A stretch of 64,000 bases of DNA from Lingula anatina (lineage: Eukaryota > Animalia > Brachiopoda), in assembly GCA_051362555.1 (NCBI GenBank), contig CM120645.1:12090001-12154000 (forward strand). The letters are read 5' to 3'. The notes below the pieces were generated by a model, which was not told the origin of the DNA, did no database searches, and saw only the letters and a program-made list of their open reading frames with translations. Shown here one piece after another: positions 26,601-41,800 of the stretch. Position 1 is the first letter of the stretch. Each line of letters starts with the position of its first letter. The position numbers and the translations under genes were made by a program.

Positions 26601-27619
26601 TCCATATTCCATGTTTCCATGATATAATAGCATTTTTGTATTTAAATCGTGCATTTTATCTTTGTTATTTGTCACACTTTTAGAGGTCTGTGCATTACCT
26701 ATTTTCGAACTCATTTTGGTCTTATTGTATATCCTTAGTTTCATGTATACATTTTATTGGTAAATTTGTAACTTTTATTCTAACCCAGCTTACGTGCAAC
26801 TTCAACCCTTTAGTTTCTATGTTTTAATAATTTTATCATTAATGTTATTTCAGCTATATCCAGCAATCCTGACGACAGCCTTTGTCAGGTGGATGTGTTA
26901 GAGAACTGCGGTGAAGAAGAGTATGACTGTGTGGAAGTGGACGGAAAGAAGCAGTGTAAAACCAGAGAACTCTTATGTAAAAAGTAAGGAAATTTAACCT
27001 TTTAAATTGTGAAGGGGCTGGACCGTGCGGCGAGAGGCCCAATTCTCTTTGTGTTATTAGTAGTTATGTATGCGATAAAATTATACCATTTTTATATAGA
27101 ATCATTTTGTTATATGTCCCTAAGCCAGAAGAGTTCCCAGCTTGGCTTCGTTGTGCTTTTCACTGTCTTCAATCACGAACGTGAATATACGGGTTTGAGC
27201 CCCAAATTCTTTAGTAAATTAGCGTGCGATATATTACACCACTTGGCCAGTCTTTATAGTGGTCAGTGTACACCAGAGTCCTGTTTTTTTTTACCGAAAA
27301 TACTTTTTTTTTTTCAAATAACGACGGTTCGTTCATTAGGACAATCACGCCGACTACGGATCTGACCATATTCTTGTAGGGATTAATTTTTTTAACAGGG
27401 AATAAGAGACCTGTGGAAATCACCAACAAAACAAATCATTTTTTCAGTCTCACTTGTTTCTTATTTCATTAAAGACCATTCTCTTTTCTGCGATGTAATG
27501 AATGCTTATAATTCTATTTCAGCACCCGCGCTGTAAGCTGTGAACACGGTATTTGTGAGGAGAACCGTTGTACGTGTGAACCATGCTGGGCCGGCGTAAC
27601 TTGTGACACGCCAGGTATG

Positions 27620-27666
<47 letters not shown>

Positions 27667-30600
27667 CGTGTGCTTAGTTTATTTTTCTATCAATATATAG
27701 TTGAGACAATTAACAGCCATCGGTGTTATGACAGGTAAAATACTAAATAAATACCAACAGCAATAATACAGGGATTATATAGGCCGCAGTTCTTGTCTTA
27801 ATGTAGAATATGGATGTTAAATTAAAGGCAGGTAAAACTGGAAAAACGATCCTATATATTCCTGTGTCACAGGTTGAGCACATCAAAGTTTTCATCTCGA
27901 AAAGGGTTTTAATCGGAGATGATTGATTACCATGCACTCTATTATTATGTCGGCTATTCTGAATTATCTATAATATTAAAATCAATAGTTAGGCCAATTA
28001 CCACACTAATACTTGAATAGTATTCATTTAAGTTGCACATCACAGTTTCAGACGGTCACTTACTCGTACAATGTATCTAAAATTTACAATTCGTCATATT
28101 CGTTGTATATAATTGATTTGTTGTATAACATGGCATAGGCATAGCTTTTTTTTCACTATACTGATGGTTTTGATTTAAACAATCGTCCTCCTTGTTTACC
28201 CAGTACACTCCCGTCCGCGAGTAAGCTTGCCTGCTCACACGGACGTGAATTTAGCAGCCTGAATTTTTACTACAGAAAGCTACTGTCACCAGTTCTGACA
28301 CTTTTAAATATTTAGAAATATCAGATAATGACGGAAAGATTGACACTGCAGTTGCACCATGATTTTAATATGAATTTATTTATTTGTTAATTGTGAAACC
28401 TCAAACAAAAAGTACAGGTAGATAAAGAAATAATGAAATATCTCACTCACTCACACATACATGCACACACACACAGACACACACACACACACACACACAT
28501 TTATAATATACAGTGGAATGGGAAGCAAATACATACAGACTCTTATCCCAACGCCCGTGCTATTGTTACCACTGGGGATAATTTATAAATTTACACGAAT
28601 CTTAACTATCTAATACTGGTAGATTAAACATTCATGACCTGTAGTTTGGTACAAAGCAGAGCATTTCAGAGTCACAATACTGGAACGCTCGTGTCTATAC
28701 CTCAGAGACAACTTATAGAATTCAAGAATACTGCTTTGGCGCCCCTGGGATAGTCACTTCATTGGAAGCAGGCTATTTAGAATGAGTACTCAGTATCTGT
28801 GTAGATACCGTTCATTCGGTGACCTAACTTGGTTCGCGTACACAATGTAGTGGGGCTCGCATCGACCGACACTGGAGTGCTACAAATACTGACAGAATTA
28901 TTAATCGAAGTATCAGAGTGACAAATGACAAGTTTATCATTTCGCTTTACTGAGTGTAGTTCTCCCTCGAGACACATTAGCTGTCGTGTTCACGGTGGCC
29001 TCATTCCTAATTCTAGTTATATACAGTTAACGTACGATTTGATGACTACAAAAACGAGGCCTCGCCACACAATGGGAACGTTATGCAAAACGCGACTGTG
29101 TAAATGAGGCAGAAAATGACCGTGAAATGAAAATGATGTTTGTTAGTGTCAATTTAGAGAGATTCATTGACAGTCATAGTCTGAAAATGTTGCCAAATTG
29201 ATCTGTTTGTTCAACAAATGACATTTTAGTTATTCAAAATAATTAAATCGAAAAAACATTGTGTTGAAATAAGTGATTATTTTTCGCCGATACGTAGGCT
29301 AATATTACTGATGCCTTTTTATATGGCTTCTAGGTTCTGTACAGGTTTATCTTTTTGTGCACAGGGATATGATAGGAATGCCGGTAGTCACTTCAGTCAA
29401 CCAAAAAAGAAAGAAAAGAAAACAACAGCGTACATTATTTGAAAAGTAGGGACTGTGAGCACACGTATTTTGATCATGAGTTGGGGTATGTTTAGAAAAT
29501 TTGACACCCTGTTGAACTAGACCTCGTATTGTATATAATTATGTCAGGTGCACATTTACATAGTATTAACTAACATGTCACCCACATATATTTTTTAAAA
29601 TTTCAGTAAACAACCACGCCCCGCTTTTTGAGCAGAACAGATACGACATCGTCATTGACCCTGACAAAGAGGTCGAGATAAAAGAGGTCAAGGCCGCAGA
29701 CGGCGACATCAGTCAGTGCTATAGCAAATCTCAGGACTGCCCATGTGCAAAGATCTTTTATTCCATCCTTAGCGGCAATGAAGACGGCCTCTTCACTATC
29801 AACCAAAACACTGGGGAAATCCTGTACTCTCCCACCGCTGATCGCAAAATCTCGCGAGAGCGCAAGTTGGTCGTTGGTGCCAGAAACCCAGTGGACAAAT
29901 TCGCGCAGAGGCATGGCGTTGCTCAAAGAAACGAAACCAAAGCGTATGTCTTCTTGAAGGCAATCCCGAAGAAAAACCCAGTGTATGAAAAGGTGGAGTC
30001 TGCCGCTGAGTACGTCAGCGCTGGGGTAGGGGAACTAATTGACCAATTAAAACAAGTCATGGAAGGGCCAGAATCGGAATCCCTTAGTGGTGCCGCAGCA
30101 GAACCAGAGGATTGGCTGAAGGACCCACAGGTTCAAGAAGGGCTTTCTAATGAGCTGAAAAATGTTGTCGTGCCGGGAGAGAAAGAGTTGTCTCTTGAGG
30201 CATCAAAGCCCAAAAGACGACAGGAGAGGTCCACCGACGAGGCAAACGTACCTCACAGCAGGCGAAAACGATCAGCGGTAAGTCTGTCAATCAAGACCTC
30301 ATATTCTTCCGTGTGCTTGTTGGCTTCCACGTCCTTAAGCAAAAAAATGACTACATGCAAATGATTGTTGGCAGTGTTTGTCAGTAGGAAAGATCCAAAT
30401 ATTTACACTTTGAAGGTGTTTGGATACCATCTTTAGATAGGAATATAGATATATAAGATGTAATACTATCTCTTTTTATTAAGACTTAGGATCACAAAAT
30501 ATGTTCTAAGCACTCGGTGTCAAACTGTTATACAAAAACCATCTATTGATGGTAAGCTTTGGCAACATTTCATTTGCAAATGTTAATTTTACAATATGCA

Positions 30601-33433
30601 CTGTTTCAGGGATTCCCAACTGAAATGACCATTTCATTGGAGAAAACAGGGAACTGGACAAATGTAGACGAGATTAGAGTTGGTGACGTCATTCCATTTA
30701 AACTGACCATCTGGATGCACGAGATCTCGACCAACATTAAGGTGCAGACAGACATTGTGTTTTCATTACTTTCATTAAGTTCTATGAACTTAAAAATCAG
30801 GTGTCAACATTTAAGCAAGATTCAGTATAAAATATCATTTTCAAGGAAGAGAGAATGGATCATGGGGGCCAAGAATTTCTGAATACGGAGAGGATAAAGT
30901 GATGTTGAAATACTATATATATAGCCAAATTTCATTCATTTTCCGTTATCAAGGTCAAGTATAACGCTTCTTTTAATCACCATTTAGTAACATCAAATAA
31001 TCGTTTCTTTTCCCGCTAGGTGGAGCTGTACACGTCAGTTGGCAATGATTCCGCCATGCTATCCTTATGTGCGCCCACCATCACCTCAGTGGGCAGTAAC
31101 TTTGCTGACCTAGACGTCAACCAGCTGACCATTCACAAAGAGTCCAAGTTCAATGACTGGAAGGTCCGTCTTGAGTCTTTATTTGAATTCATGTCATTCG
31201 TTTATGCAGCTGTTAGGTTAATATGACGTCACATGTTGAAGTGTTATGATGATGTCACATGTAATGTTAATCTGCATTACAAAGCTTTAAGTACAAAAAC
31301 ATAATGCACTTTAGCCAATAATCGCGTACAAAAAAGCAATTGTCGTACACGTGAGACCAATTTCCTTGAATATTTTTTCAGTTCGAAAGGGTCTATGTGG
31401 ATCTGGGTACGGTCTCAAATAATGGTACTGACGGAGGGAATTCGGCTGATAATAGCAAAATCGAAATGGAGTTTGAGGCCATCGTCCTTAACAATGCCAA
31501 CTTCACCAGCGGTGCCTCATACTGGGTCAGCAGCGGCGTGGAGTATGGTAGTTCAGCCTGGGTCAGCCAAGCCACTTTCACCGCCGTTGTGGACAATGCT
31601 AAGGTACGCCTTGGATGAGTTTATGGCAATAAAGCAAAACAGGGGACGGGTATCTCATTTAGAAGTGAGATACTCTGGAGAGCAATTTTCCAAGAATATT
31701 TTTCTGCTAAATTTAAAAGAAAAAACAACTGGTTTAAAAGTGTAACAGTTAAAATCTTTTTGGCCAAATTAACTAAAATGTTAATTTTTGCCGAGTTATC
31801 ACACTGGCCATTATTGACAACGGGTGGTTTTTCATGTGCTTCTTTACAAATAAGTAATCTATATTTTGAAGACACTGCATGTGAACGTAATTATCAATTA
31901 CCATAAAAAGCGCTCTCTGTTAATTATCTTTTCGAACTGTCGATTCCAGAATAGTTCATTGGCGCCAAAGTTCTGGCTGACCGGTCCATCTCAACTGTAC
32001 AAAGGTCAAACAGGACTCTGGACCCTGGACATGACAATCTTTGACCTCTATACTAATGTCACGGTGGACGTCTATGCTCCTCTGAACACTACGGCCACCA
32101 TGTCGATTTGCCGGATCAGTATAGCATCTGCTGGTAAGATGAACCACGTTCCGTTTCCCACGGAAAACTCGTGCGCTGCTACACAAACATACACTGTACA
32201 TAGTCACGCACAATAATAAGCGCTTAGCCAGTATATATTTCATATATTCAGTTTGTACATATTTACGTATACGTATGTAATTCGAAATGATAGATATACA
32301 TTTCAGAAATAAGAACTTTAAGAGTTAATGTGCATATATCGAAAACGGGAATGAAATGAATATATGATTTATTTTTCGTGCTAACGGACTGCTAAGTTAA
32401 AAAAAATAATGATGAAAATAACAAAAACAATAGACCTGTTGAGCACTAAAATATTTAAGTTACACGGCGAATCTACAGATTATATTTTATATGAATACCT
32501 TAATATTTTCTACATGTGTGTATATATATATTTAATACATCTTTATAGGTGACAGTTACTCCTGCCTGACCAAGGCTATGGAGAACTTGTCCTACCTTCG
32601 CTCTGACAGCAGTACCGCCGAGGATCCCGTCAACTCCATCGGGACCCTGAACCTCGGGGAGATTGTCAACGCAGGTAATGCAAAGTTTTTAAAACACCCG
32701 TGAAAAGCCTTAGTTTTAAGTTAAGCTAGGGGTTTGCTTTGTGGTTATTTCAGATATGTTTTTTATCGTAATGTTTTGTTCGAGAAAGTTAGATGATCTT
32801 TTGTGCTTACCTATTAATTTCTTAGTTATCATACAGCATCGAACGCCTCTGCTCCAGTATTAAACATGATATCATAAACATTTCATCATAGAGAAATCTC
32901 TGTGTCAAGGCCTCTCGTACAATAAATTTGGCAGTTCAAAGTTTACCATTAATTAAAAACTTCAGAAGTTACATACTCCTAATTACACACGTCGGGTTCC
33001 TTATCATTTTTAGGAAACAGACCTCTGATGCTAAAAACCCCAAACCCTTTGAGATTTCAGAAATTAACTCTTTATTTGTGGGAGCCATTTATTATCAAAA
33101 GACACATTTAAACTTGCATTTAATCCATCCACGAACTCAAAACATGACGCTGGTTAATGACCAAAGAGAGCCTTGTTAATTGATTACCTAAGTATAGTTT
33201 TGTCTATTGGAAGGCATAGCAGAGGCCAAGTATCGAACGTCCCATTGTGAAATATGTTTGACGTCGGGCGTATCATGGCGACCGAAGTGGAAGGATCGAT
33301 TTGTGTGCGCAGAATGCTATGAATAATTTAGTTTTGTTAAGCGATGAATATTTGTAGATGGTGATGATTTTCATCCAATTTCAAATAAGTCAAGAAAGTC
33401 GATTGCTTTGCTACTCAACACGCCATTTTGTAT

Positions 33434-33465
<32 letters not shown>

Positions 33466-36400
33466 GTAACAAGACAGATGAACTTTCTTTTTGGTAGCTT
33501 CACGTCATATTTATTTCAAGTGTGTTTTGACGCAAAATTCATAGTGCATTCCTGACCAAGTTCTCTACAATTTGAATATCGGTTCCCTTTATCTTTTAAG
33601 ACCTCTTAAAAGATGTTCGCCTATTTTTAAAAAACACCTTATAGAGAACTCATATATTCTGAGAAACATTCTATATTTTGGATTATAAAATTGTTATAAA
33701 ACACACTGTACACCTTAGCATATACAGATACGTTTCTTATTGCTGGAGCGTGATAAAAACACAGCCTGTTGCCGAATCGATTGTCCGTATATCGTTTCAA
33801 CAGGAACATGCAAACACACAAAAAATGAAATATCGATGTCATTATACTAATGATGAAAAAGAAACGGTTTATGACTGCCAGGCAGGTTCTGAACAATGGG
33901 AAGCGTTTAGCATTGGAGATAGAGGCATTTTTTGTTTTTCATACGTTAACAAAAGCAATATTTTCTATTGTCCGTATTCTGCTTTATTTATCACATTAAG
34001 CAATAATGTAGCAAGTGGAACGAGCTCTCAGCAAAGTAATTGTATGATAAAATGATAATAAGAATGCAAATTCGAAACAAACTGCAAAATTGGAAAAAAA
34101 ATGGATAAATAATAAGATGGTAGTTCTATTTTCATGAAACAACACTCAAAGTGACTTAGGTATTCTGACCTGATCATATTTCGAATTTAACGTCAATTCT
34201 CCAAATTCTTTAAAAAATGCAAAACCCAGACCGAGAAAATGAGTTTATAATAAGATGGTAGTTTTATCTTTAGGAAACAATTCTCAAAAGGACTTTGGTA
34301 TTCTGAGTTGACTAAAATAAGAAGTTAACCTCAATCCTGCAATTGCAATTGCACAATGATTTTTTGTATTAGGTTTCCGTACGGGTAACACAGACGATAG
34401 CTCCAACACCATACGGCTGGAGATAGCGGCAACTTTGATGAACACCAGTGACGTCAGTCTCGGCTCGAACCTGTCTTTGGGTGTATCGGTGCAGCTTGAC
34501 GAATATGCCATATGGAGTGCACTGATGGCCTTGCAAGTAGTAGAAGAGCAACTGTCCAATTTGGTGAGCACGGGTCTTTTGTTGGATCAATGCTTCAAAT
34601 AGCAAAAATTAACTATATATACATGTATCATTTTACTGTAAAATAATTTTAACAAATCCTTAAGATGTACCGAATATATATGATATATAATGAACCCCAT
34701 ATTACGACTAGGATACGTATTTTTCAACCAACTTGTTTTTTTTTCACTGTATACCTCAGAATAAGTCGATGCTCAGTTATTCTCATAAATTAAAAATATG
34801 CCTATGCCTTGTGTGTAACAAATTTGCTATATTTTCCACAGTAGGCCTTTTTCAAAGACGTAGGAAAGTGGTTAAACAGTGTTTTTTAATCTTGCCTATT
34901 TTATTATTTTTGTGGTATACTTTCAGACCGTTTCGCCCGCGTTTAATCTGGAAACCGTCACACCGGAAGTGGTAATTGGTGGTCAAGCGTCCTTCCTGTT
35001 AAACATGACCCTTCCTTCCAGCACGAACCAAAGATACTCTGTTGAGGTGGGACTTCCGTACAACGACACCGCTTTCATGTCCGGGTGCCGAGTTCAAGTG
35101 AAGTACTATGGGTTCAACTATCCTTGCTTCAAGCTGCCCTTCCCGGAGTATTACTCAGCGGTTAGTGAAGTTTACTGAACTCCAATGTCAAAGTAGAATG
35201 CAGTAGTTAATGGATAATTAAAACATTGTCGAATCGGTACTGATCGAATGTCATGTTTGAATAGATTATTATTTTCTATTACTTTAAAAACATTAACATT
35301 CAATAGTAGTGGTGAGATGAAGACAATGATAACTCTGTGATAAAAGTAATCACATAAACCCATATTTCACTTATTACTAACCATTAAAATGAATTCTTCC
35401 TCCGATCACTCCTAACATTTAAAAATTCCATTTCAGGACTCGAACGAGATGTACGATCTGATTTTCCTCGACTTCGGCGCGATCAGTAACACCGGCCAGA
35501 AGAGCGCGGACGAAGACAATACCATCATGGTGGAGATTGCCGTGACCCTACTGAACACTACGGCCATCACCCATAACGACACTCTGCACGTGACAGTTGG
35601 CGTCAACTACGGCGACAATACGATTTGGGTCGGAAACAACGCAATCCGGGTGCTGGAGACGCCGCCGACTTACACGGGAACCAAGGTATGCCAGTTAATA
35701 AAAGTTCAACTTCTTAAAATGTGTGCACACGAGTACGGGTGTATAGCCGTGTGCGTCACCCTTTTCAAATTAAATTTGAAATTTGTATAATTCACAACAA
35801 CGCAAATTAGAGGGATCAAAGTTAGATTAAAATATTTACATTCTAATAGTGAGTAATCTTGTTAGTATTTTATTACCAGATTAAAGATGCCTCCTCTAGC
35901 TTTCTAAATGCTGGTCCCCTCGAAATCCTTTGTCCATGTTTATTGTTTCATTTTCATTTTCTGCTTTATTGATGGATAATGCCGTCTAACTAATAGTGCA
36001 TTTATGTTTCTAGGCGCCGCAACTTGAATTCAAAAACATGATGCCAGACACCAACATGTATACCAATGCCTCGGTTGTCTATCACCTGGAGATGTATCTA
36101 CCTACTGTGACCTACTGGAACCCAATGAGCGTGGAGTTCATCGTGCCTCTGGCAAATGGTAAGTGCACACGCGCTGGTGCCTACGAAATATTTACAAAGT
36201 CTCACACGCACACATGTTTGTTCTTATAATTATGCATTTACACATTGTATACGCGTGGCGTTTGCTTGTAGATGGGCGTGAGAGCGTATTTAAAAGTGCG
36301 AATACAAGAGCACGTGATTCGTTGTTTGTACCAGCGATGCAATGATGATGTAGTATCTCGTGTATACTCTCTAACTGCAGCTGTGTACATATATACAATC

Positions 36401-38771
36401 ACACACCCGAAATAATTTTTTTAAAAAACGCTGTCACGACTGTAATGTTTTGTTTTCGTGTTTGTGTGCACAGTTAATAGTGTCAAAACTATTATGTGTC
36501 CAAAAATTGTACAAAACCGCTTCTTATCAAATGTGATGTGCATGTACTGTATTACCCCAACCATTTGTGTGGGTTATGCGCTAAGTTATTAAAAAAGAAG
36601 AATAGCCAGGAGTGGTGTCAGCAAACACTTTAAATGAGATATATAATACTTTTGGTATATCTCCAACTCCATGAAATATGTATACAATTCACTTTGATGA
36701 CGGGGCGCGTGCCTGATTTATTTCAAATGCAATCGAATATATGTGCGAATGAGGGGTTCCAATTGCCTTTTTATTGACCATGTTTATATAGGATGATGGG
36801 GGATAGGTTTCATCCTATTAGATATCAATATGCTAGATGCAAACGTGATTGTCTTCTTTTAGGCTAATTGCATAGAAAGTGGTGTTATCGTCGAGAACGT
36901 ATTGGGTTTGAACACAATGCATATTGAACTTTCGAAGTTCAGATCGTTGTAACAGTGAGGCACATCCTGCCGGAATGAATGCCGCATTGAAAACAGTCGG
37001 TCATCATGAATACTAGCTTTCTGTGAATCGATATCATTGAACATAATCATTTCCAGGTAAAATGATATACTGGGTACATGTGTCCTTAGACTGACATATA
37101 ATCATGGTGGGTAATCTGTCAACAAAAGGAGCAACTTTGCGTTGATAGTCTGTGTCAACACAGACACTGTCTTTTTGCTTTTAGTGCATCTTCTGTAATT
37201 TGACTAATGAATCCAGTAGACTATAAAACGCTGAGGATCTGAAATCTCTTTTCTATGGGAATGAATTAGTTCTTGCTCTGATCTGTTAAAATACTTACAC
37301 ATAGAGCGTACAAACCTTGAATGTGCACTCCATACTTTCTTGTACGGGAGCTTATAGAAAACATTCCCAGCTCAATTCTTCATGTATAAAGTACAATCGG
37401 CAACAACTACACGAAGGAAAGTATATCGCAATGTGCCCATGTTTTGCTTAAGATATTAACTTAAATATATAGCACGATTTATATAAATAATTATCTGAAA
37501 ATCAATCTGATTTTTTTCTGAGAATGAAAAATAAAAAAATTAAAAACACCACAAGCTACCAGCATTTTTTATTTTCGTACACTTGACTATAAAACAACTG
37601 TAATTTGTCACTTATTTCACATTTATTTTAGATATTGACGTTTTACTGTAGTGCATTATGTTTATACAGAATTCTTTATGGACAAGGCTGACAACAAACT
37701 GATGCACACTTACTAGATACACAAAGTGATAACAAATGAAAAAAGCACTTTGGAAGTTTTTTCTTTTGGCACTATATGGCGCACACAATATATTCGATAT
37801 GTCATTCACTGCCTCAATACATGAACAGTAAAACTCACGTAAATATTATTATAGATATCTTACACCAAGACATTGCAAAGCAATCATACACTATTTTTGT
37901 GTATCTGCAAGCCACAGATTAATAAACGCAATTTAAAAGATGATCTAGAACATCAATATCGAAAAGCAACCCCATACACAAGTCTAATATTTGTGGACGT
38001 GTCTCTTATTTTCTAGATTCGAATATCCCACTGGTTGACATATGCCGGGTCTCCATTATCCATGTTGGGAACAACTTCGCCTGTTTAAATAAGACCCAGG
38101 TGCCTATAACGTTACAGTCAACAACGCTGCCCGAAATCAATGACCGGGCCGTGGCAACCTTTGGCATGGTTACGAACGTCGGAAAGCAGGACTATGTTTG
38201 GACAAGAAATGAAAGCGTCATCAGGTATATACCCTCACCATGGTAACGCTCGTGTTTTACAAACTTGTTGTATTCTTATCATTTTTTAATTAAGTGTCAT
38301 CATGCATAGTTTGCCATCATGGGCGACAAATGGCATTCTTTTTATTTCTAAAATAAATATAGAGTAATTCTAGAACTATAGAGTATTTTAATTTCAAAGA
38401 AACCCATATATATGTAAAGGGCAAGTTGCACAATATCGAGAAAATTAATTATATTTTATTATGTAACGATTATATCATTTGTACTTAAGACAGGCAAATT
38501 GGTTTCCGAAAAACACGCTCCGTCTTAAACTTGATACAGGGGTCATAACTTTAGATCATAACGCCTGTTTTTCAGAATGGAAGTGGTTGTGGACTGGACC
38601 GACAAGACAAACCTGACCAACGGGACCGAGTTCTACGTTGACGCCTCTGTGCGCTATGCCAAGGACAAACTGTGGGTCGCCCGGGCTTCTCTCACATACA
38701 CCGAGGATGAACCGCAGATTGCTTCTTCGGTAACATGCAAATTTGATTCTTTGTAAATTATTATTATTATT

Positions 38772-38804
<33 letters not shown>

Positions 38805-41800
38805 ATTATCATTATTATTATTATTATTATTATTACGGACTGATAGACCACTGCCGGTTCCCGAACAACATTCATATGTTCACTGCCCAATTAATAATTG
38901 TTCATGATCTATTAAACTATTACACTCCTCCTGAATAATCCAAATTCTTTCTAGATAAACAAAATGGCAGCGTTTTCCTTCACTTGTGGTCTTAAATAAG
39001 TATTCTAATTTTCTGACAGGCTATCGGTCCGGAGGTCAACCTGACTGTTGAGAGCGGTAACGTGTACACGTATCCTGGAGGTGTCGTTGAGTTTGATGTT
39101 TCCATGGCACTACCACCGGCCTCGGTAGCCAATTACATAGGTAGGGTCACGTGGCAACGGACCAATCAAAACGCTGGATTTGCCAGAGAATTTAAATCCA
39201 TATGCGATTCTGTTTGAAGCTTTTCTATCTTTCCAAATTTGACGAGTATGCTTAATTAAACGAGCATATGATCCAATTGCTTTTTCGGTTCGTTATACAT
39301 AATGTTGCTATCAAATTTCAATGACTCTTCTTCCTGTCATTTGTGACGCCAGTGAGCATCACTTTGTTGATGCTCATCCTATCACTACAAATGGGTAGTA
39401 ATAATCCAATCATAACGCTGTGATGTACTATGCAGCATATAAATGTGTTCAAAACACAACAATGTTTTGACTGTGAATTGATCCCGCTGCTATGATTGAG
39501 TGTTTGCAGTGAAGCATCAGTAGAACCTTAAACCAACGGAAAAATTGATAGTCCTGACATTCAGATACTAGTTATAGAAAATATGTTATGTGATACCTAA
39601 AATTGATTATCTACTCAACTACAATTTTGAAGGAAAAAAATCATTATTATCTATGCTTTACTTTTCAGTGGAAGCCATATCCCCAAACTCCTCCATCGCA
39701 GTATGTCGTGTGGAGTACATCAGTAAAGGCCGCGACATCAGCCCATGCGGCATTAAAAAGTCAGACTATGTAGTAGAAGACTACCAGGACGACCAGCGAA
39801 TTGACCGCGTCTACCAAACTCTACAGGGACTGACAAACGTTGGTAAGATAGATTGCATTGCATCAGGCACATTTGAGCTGCAAAAGGCATTGTTTTAAAG
39901 TAAAACCTGGGCAAAACTGGTTTTTATTTTGAATGTTTGAAAGGTATACACAGGGGCCATGGTAACATATTTCATCTTAATGTCATAACTACTGTTTTAA
40001 AATATATCTGTTTGTTCCCAGAACAGTACGAAACGAGACCTTTTATTAAGAAGAGAACAGATTTCGGAACAAAACCGACCATATCGATCACTGTCTAAAT
40101 AAATTTAATTAAAAAAACTGAATAAAGATTCGGCAAAATGTCGGATTTGAATGCGCTGTTCCATGATAGACAGCAATTTTAATATACACGTGTGCCCACG
40201 TGTGAACTACATTGTACCCCCACGATGTATTGATAATTCAGGTCGAATACAGATTTCTAATACAAGCAATTATTCGATCATTGGATTTGTTAGTATGTCC
40301 TTTTCGTCATTTCTATAATTAATGCGCTTTATCGCTCCGCTTGTAAAATCTACACTCTTTACGCCTTTTTCGTTACAGGGGCGGAGCCTATAGGCCATGA
40401 CACAAGAGAAAGCTACACCGTACACACACGCATCGTGGCCAAGCTGGCAGAGAACGTCAGTGACACGGATAATGCCACGGAGCATTACCTGGCGGCTGCT
40501 GTCTCTGCCGGCGGAAGACGTCTGTGGCTTGATCAGACGCCATTTTACTACCTGATTAACGACAGACCGGATATTGTACGTACATGTGCATTTCTTTCAT
40601 ATTTTAAGTGAAATTACTGTAGACGTAACCATTAAAAATGAAGAATGAAAGGGCTTGTAATGTACGATTTTTAAGGCGACAGAACTGAAATATGTCTTTC
40701 ACATAGTGTTGAAAATGATAGCAGGATCCTTAAATTTACCAGCACTGCTGTGTGTTAATTGCACCAAAGCAGTAGCATATCATACTCAGAGAACCTTCAT
40801 ACTATTCTAACATATAACATCCCTGTAAATGTTTCTTTTTTTCAAAGACTGTCACACCAGTGGTGAACTTCAAAAAACAGACCACAGCAACGTCAATCGT
40901 CAAAGGTGCCGGTGCCGTCTTCGAGCTGGACATCTACGTCCCTCCTGGCACCATTGGCGAGTACACGGTGGAGATCTACGCCCCTTGCAACGACACCGAT
41001 GCCACCATGATGGAGATCTGTGACGTCCGTGCTGTGTCAAGTGGTCATCATTTGCCCTGTTTCAACGACTCGTATCAAGCGAGGAATTATTCGTCTAATT
41101 TTGTGGATGGGCATAATGACCAGGGGACACTGTGGCTTGGATTGTTGGACAACTACAAGCAGACTGGCGACATTGAGGCCCCTGAGAATATGGTGCGGCA
41201 TAATGTCCTGTTATTCTATTTTTTTATCACTTTTAACCAAGCACTTTATATGCATTCGTGATTACTGTTTTCAATCTGTACTCGTAGGTTTCGTATCATG
41301 TATGCAATGCATTAGGGATGAAAATAACTGTTTCAAAAAAAAAAGTGTGGGGGGGGGGGTTCAGTTGTGAGAAGGATATTTTCAATTTAATGGCTCTTGT
41401 GGGTTGTGTTGGATTTATCATTTTAACTGTAATAATGCTATTCATTCAAATTGCGCAATTCCTTATTGCTCCTCATAGGTGAGGGTCGAGGCCGTGGTCA
41501 GTGTCCCCCATGATGCCCCTGTGAGCGCCGGTCACTCCCTGTGCGTAGGAGCCAGCTTGAAAGTGGACAATACTAAACTCTGGGTGGGTCAGATCATGGT
41601 GCCGGTCACTGAGACGTTAATACCTGAAGAGGTAAGTTTTTCTTGGTTCTCCATATGTATAATTGTACATATGCAGCACATTATCAAGTAAATATGCGCA
41701 TTGGTGCCAATCCTGCATTGCGCAAAGAAGATTCATCTTCAACATTGAGCATTAGGAAAACTACACATTTCTTTTATATTTGATTTTTCAACGTAATGGT

